In this document: positions 61,343 through 64,000 of the stretch, in pieces
How positions within the stretch are numbered: the stretch's first letter is position 1
Layout of the letters: every line of letters begins with the position of its first letter
From: Escherichia coli
GTDB lineage: Bacteria > Pseudomonadota > Gammaproteobacteria > Enterobacterales > Enterobacteriaceae
Reading direction: 5' to 3' (one strand)
NCBI RefSeq assembly: GCF_048403405.1
Contig: NZ_CP183129.1
Length of the DNA: 64,000 nt
Translations under genes and position numbers: made by a program
The notes under the pieces: generated by a model
Told to the model about the DNA's origin: nothing
Seen by the model: the letters and a program-made list of their open reading frames with translations, nothing else
The model's database searches: none

Positions 61343-62375
61343 ACTCTTTATTGAGATCGCTTAACAGAACGGCGATGCTTTGACCTCCCGCTGTTTGTTC
61401 AAGCGCAATTTTGACAATAATTGTCAACGGCACGGAAAGCAGCATACCCACCGGTCCTAACAACCATCCCCAAAAAATCAACGACAAAAATACCACCAAT
61501 GTGGAAAGCCCCAGCCCACGCCCCATGATGCGTGGCTCCAGAATATTGCCGAAGACCAGATTAATCAGCAGATATCCCGCCAGCACGAACAACGCTTCGT
61601 AGAAGCCATTAAACACCAGTACCTGAGCGATAGGGGGGATTGCCGCGAGAACTGAACCAATATTCGGGATGTAATTAAGCGCAAAGGCCAGCAATCCCCA
61701 GACAAAAGCGAAGCGAACATCGAGTGCGGCGAGCATCGCCCAGGCGACCAGGCCGGTGATGATGCTGATGGCTGTTTTCAGCACCAGATAATGAGACACA
61801 CTGTCAATCGCACGCTGAATCGCCGCCATCCCTTCAACCGGACGCGCCATCATTTGCTGAAATTTTCCGGGCAATTGTGGCACTTCGAGCAGCATAAACA
61901 GCACCGTCAGCAGCAATAAAAATATTGATGACATGGCATTAGATAACTGCGTCAATAAGTTGGTGAGCAACGTCATCGCCGCGTTCGGATCAATGTAATG
62001 CGCCAGCTGGTCAACTGAGACGTCAATCCCTACGCGTTGCAACAACGGTTCAAGCGCTTGCAGCGGCGTCATAATAGAGTTGCGATATTGCGGTAACGTC
62101 CGCGTCAACTCGTTGAGTGCGGAACCCAGATAAGCTAACAGCAACACCATCGCCATCACGATGATGGTCATCAAAATCGACACCGCCAGTACACGCGGCA
62201 CTCGCCAGCGGACCATGTGTTGCACCAGCGGGTTAAGAATAACAGCAATAAATAATGCGAGAATAAACGGCACGATGATCTCGGCGGCAAAACGGATACC
62301 GCAGAGAATAATGACCAGCATTCCCAACATAATGACGATTTTTAGGCCATTGAGCGTGATGATCGGCTTTGCCAT
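61341..62375 (-). CDS. tqsA: AI-2E family transporter
   Basis: 344-aa polytopic ORF. Confidence 0.9.
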   Translation of the reverse strand: MAKPIITLNGLKIVIMLGMLVIILCGIRFAAEIIVPFILALFIAVILNPLVQHMVRWRVPRVLAVSILMTIIVMAMVLLLAYLGSALNELTRTLPQYRNSIMTPLQALEPLLQRVGIDVSVDQLAHYIDPNAAMTLLTNLLTQLSNAMSSIFLLLLTVLFMLLEVPQLPGKFQQMMARPVEGMAAIQRAIDSVSHYLVLKTAISIITGLVAWAMLAALDVRFAFVWGLLAFALNYIPNIGSVLAAIPPIAQVLVFNGFYEALFVLAGYLLINLVFGNILEPRIMGRGLGLSTLVVFLSLIFWGWLLGPVGMLLSVPLTIIVKIALEQTAGGQSIAVLLSDLNKE

Positions 62376-62786
62376 GCTTGTCCCCGTTTTTTCTTCCTTT
62401 GCTAATAATAATGTCTTTTTCGCTCCGTCATCATAACGAAAATCAAACTGCTCAGGTAAAGAAGTGAAAATATTTTGAGTTAATTCTTAAGCTATGATAC
62501 AAATCAGGCGTGTTCAACTACCGAGGACAATTATCATCCGCGATGACGAGAAGCAACACTGCGGATAATTGTAATATTATGGACAATTTTTTCAGGACGT
62601 TATTTTCTACATTTACCCATCTTCGTACCTCATCCACTATCTTGCTCGTAGGTGAGCAGCACTGGCGCAACGCGCTTTAGTCCTTTCTTCTGCCTAAGCT
62701 TGCGCTATGCGCGGGGCTTGACCACTTTACTTTGGTTTCGCTGAAATAAGCGAAAATTAAAATAATTCTCTTGCAGGAGAAGGACA

Positions 62787-63152
62787 ATGTATATTTATTG
62801 GATTTTATTAGGCCTGGCTATTGCTACGGAAATTACCGGTACGCTGTCAATGAAATGGGCGAGCGTCAGTGAGGGAAATGGCGGCTTTATTTTAATGCTG
62901 GTGATGATTTCTCTGTCGTATATATTTCTCTCTTTCGCCGTTAAAAAAATCGCCTTAGGCGTGGCTTATGCGCTGTGGGAAGGTATCGGTATTTTATTTA
63001 TTACCTTGTTTAGCGTTTTGTTATTCGACGAAAGTTTATCGCTGATGAAAATTGCCGGGTTAACCACCCTGGTGGCCGGGATTGTATTGATCAAATCAGG
63101 TACCCGTAAAGCGCGTAAACCTGAACTGGAGGTGAACCATGGCGCAGTTTGA
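62787..63152 (+). CDS. mdtJ: SMR-family spermidine exporter subunit
   Basis: 121-aa ORF, four TM. Confidence 0.9.
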
Positions 63153-63468
63153 ATGGGTTCACGCCGCCTGGCTGGCATTGGCAATCGTGCTGGAAATCGT
63201 TGCTAACGTTTTTTTGAAATTTTCTGACGGCTTTCGTCGCAAAATATTTGGCTTGCTCTCCCTGGCGGCGGTGCTGGCTGCCTTTAGTGCGCTTTCTCAG
63301 GCCGTTAAAGGGATCGACTTGTCTGTCGCTTATGCATTGTGGGGCGGGTTTGGTATTGCCGCCACGTTAGCCGCAGGTTGGATCTTGTTTGGTCAACGGT
63401 TAAATCGTAAAGGCTGGATTGGCCTGGTCTTGCTGTTGGCTGGAATGATCATGGTGAAACTTGCCTGA
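63139..63468 (+). CDS. mdtI: SMR-family spermidine exporter subunit
   Basis: 109-aa ORF, overlaps mdtJ by 14 bp. Confidence 0.9.
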
Positions 63469-63473
63469 TGAAC

Positions 63474-63499
63474 ACGCTGCCCGCACTGTCGGGCAGCGT
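63474..63499. terminator. Bidirectional hairpin ACGCTGCCCG-CACTGT-CGGGCAGCGT between mdtI and ydgD
   Basis: Perfect 10-bp stem followed by a T-rich tract. Confidence 0.6.
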
Positions 63500-63506
63500 T
63501 TGAACA

Positions 63507-64000
63507 TTATTTTTGCGACAGTTGATCCAGCTTGTCGCGAAAACCGGTAACAGAAATGGCCCGGTTATCGGCGCGCCAGCGATCTTTCGCGGCAGGAGCC
63601 GAACTTTGCACCCCAATTAATTGCCAGCCGTCATTGGTATGCAACATCAGAGGCGAACCGCTGTCACCCGGCAAGGTATCGCACTGATGTGACATCACCG
63701 ACGTTTGCGCCCAGCCAGTCACTTCACAGTTTTGATGACTGTACAACGTATCGAGATGATCTTCAGGGTATCCTGCCTGAGTCACTTTACGGCCAGCCGA
63801 TTTTAATGCGGCGGTAAGCGCGGCTTTATCTCCCTCAAATAACGGCAACGGTGTAATGCCAGAAGGGGGATTACGTAGCACAATCAAACCGAAGTCCCAC
63901 GGCGCAGCTGCGGGAGGAACAATCCAACCATCCCCATCTGCTTTTAACCGCTTTCCCAGTGTCGGATCAACGCGGCCTTCTATGTCGTGGATCTCATAGC
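63507..64000 (-). CDS. ydgD: Trypsin-like serine peptidase, C-terminal part (start lies beyond window end)
   Basis: Frame stays open from 63507 to the window edge; GDSGSP catalytic-serine motif. Confidence 0.75.
   Translation of the reverse strand, partial: YEIHDIEGRVDPTLGKRLKADGDGWIVPPAAAPWDFGLIVLRNPPSGITPLPLFEGDKAALTAALKSAGRKVTQAGYPEDHLDTLYSHQNCEVTGWAQTSVMSHQCDTLPGDSGSPLMLHTNDGWQLIGVQSSAPAAKDRWRADNRAISVTGFRDKLDQLSQK

Noticed and set aside
62376-62786. Guanidine-type riboswitch ahead of the SMR genes mdtJI
   Set aside because: No paired hairpins with conserved ACGR loops or other recognisable riboswitch core; only generic inverted repeats.

Overview
This window reads as an uninterrupted stretch of Escherichia coli-type core chromosome, and I do not find an inserted or previously undescribed system in it. 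Gene order is collinear with the K-12 ydgD-to-ydhP interval in reverse orientation: ydgD', mdtIJ, tqsA, pntAB, ydgH, ydgI, folM, ydgC, rstAB, tus with its Ter site, fumCA, manA, ydgA, uidCBAR, hdhA, malIXY, add, ydgJ, blr, cnu, ydgK, rsxABCDGE-nth, dtpA, gstA, pdxY-tyrS-pdxH, mliC, anmK, slyBA, ydhIJK, sodC, ydhF, ydhL, nemRA-gloA, rnt, lhr, grxD, mepH, sodB, 'ydhP. About 58 protein genes are supported by long ORFs with recognisable family motifs; gene symbols rest on my recognition of the proteins and synteny, not on a database search. I see no rRNA, tRNA, IS element, prophage or CRISPR array. The one clear anomaly is lhr, which is split by a perfect 20-bp tandem duplication (3811-3850) that frameshifts it after about codon 1184. 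Other points worth a second look are the in-frame 96-bp repeat array in rsxC, the Ter site 11 bp upstream of tus, the AaeXAB-like ydhIJK module next to slyA, and long structured leaders upstream of dtpA and mdtJI. ORF-track coordinates include the stop codon; several starts were moved to internal ATGs with Shine-Dalgarno sequences.
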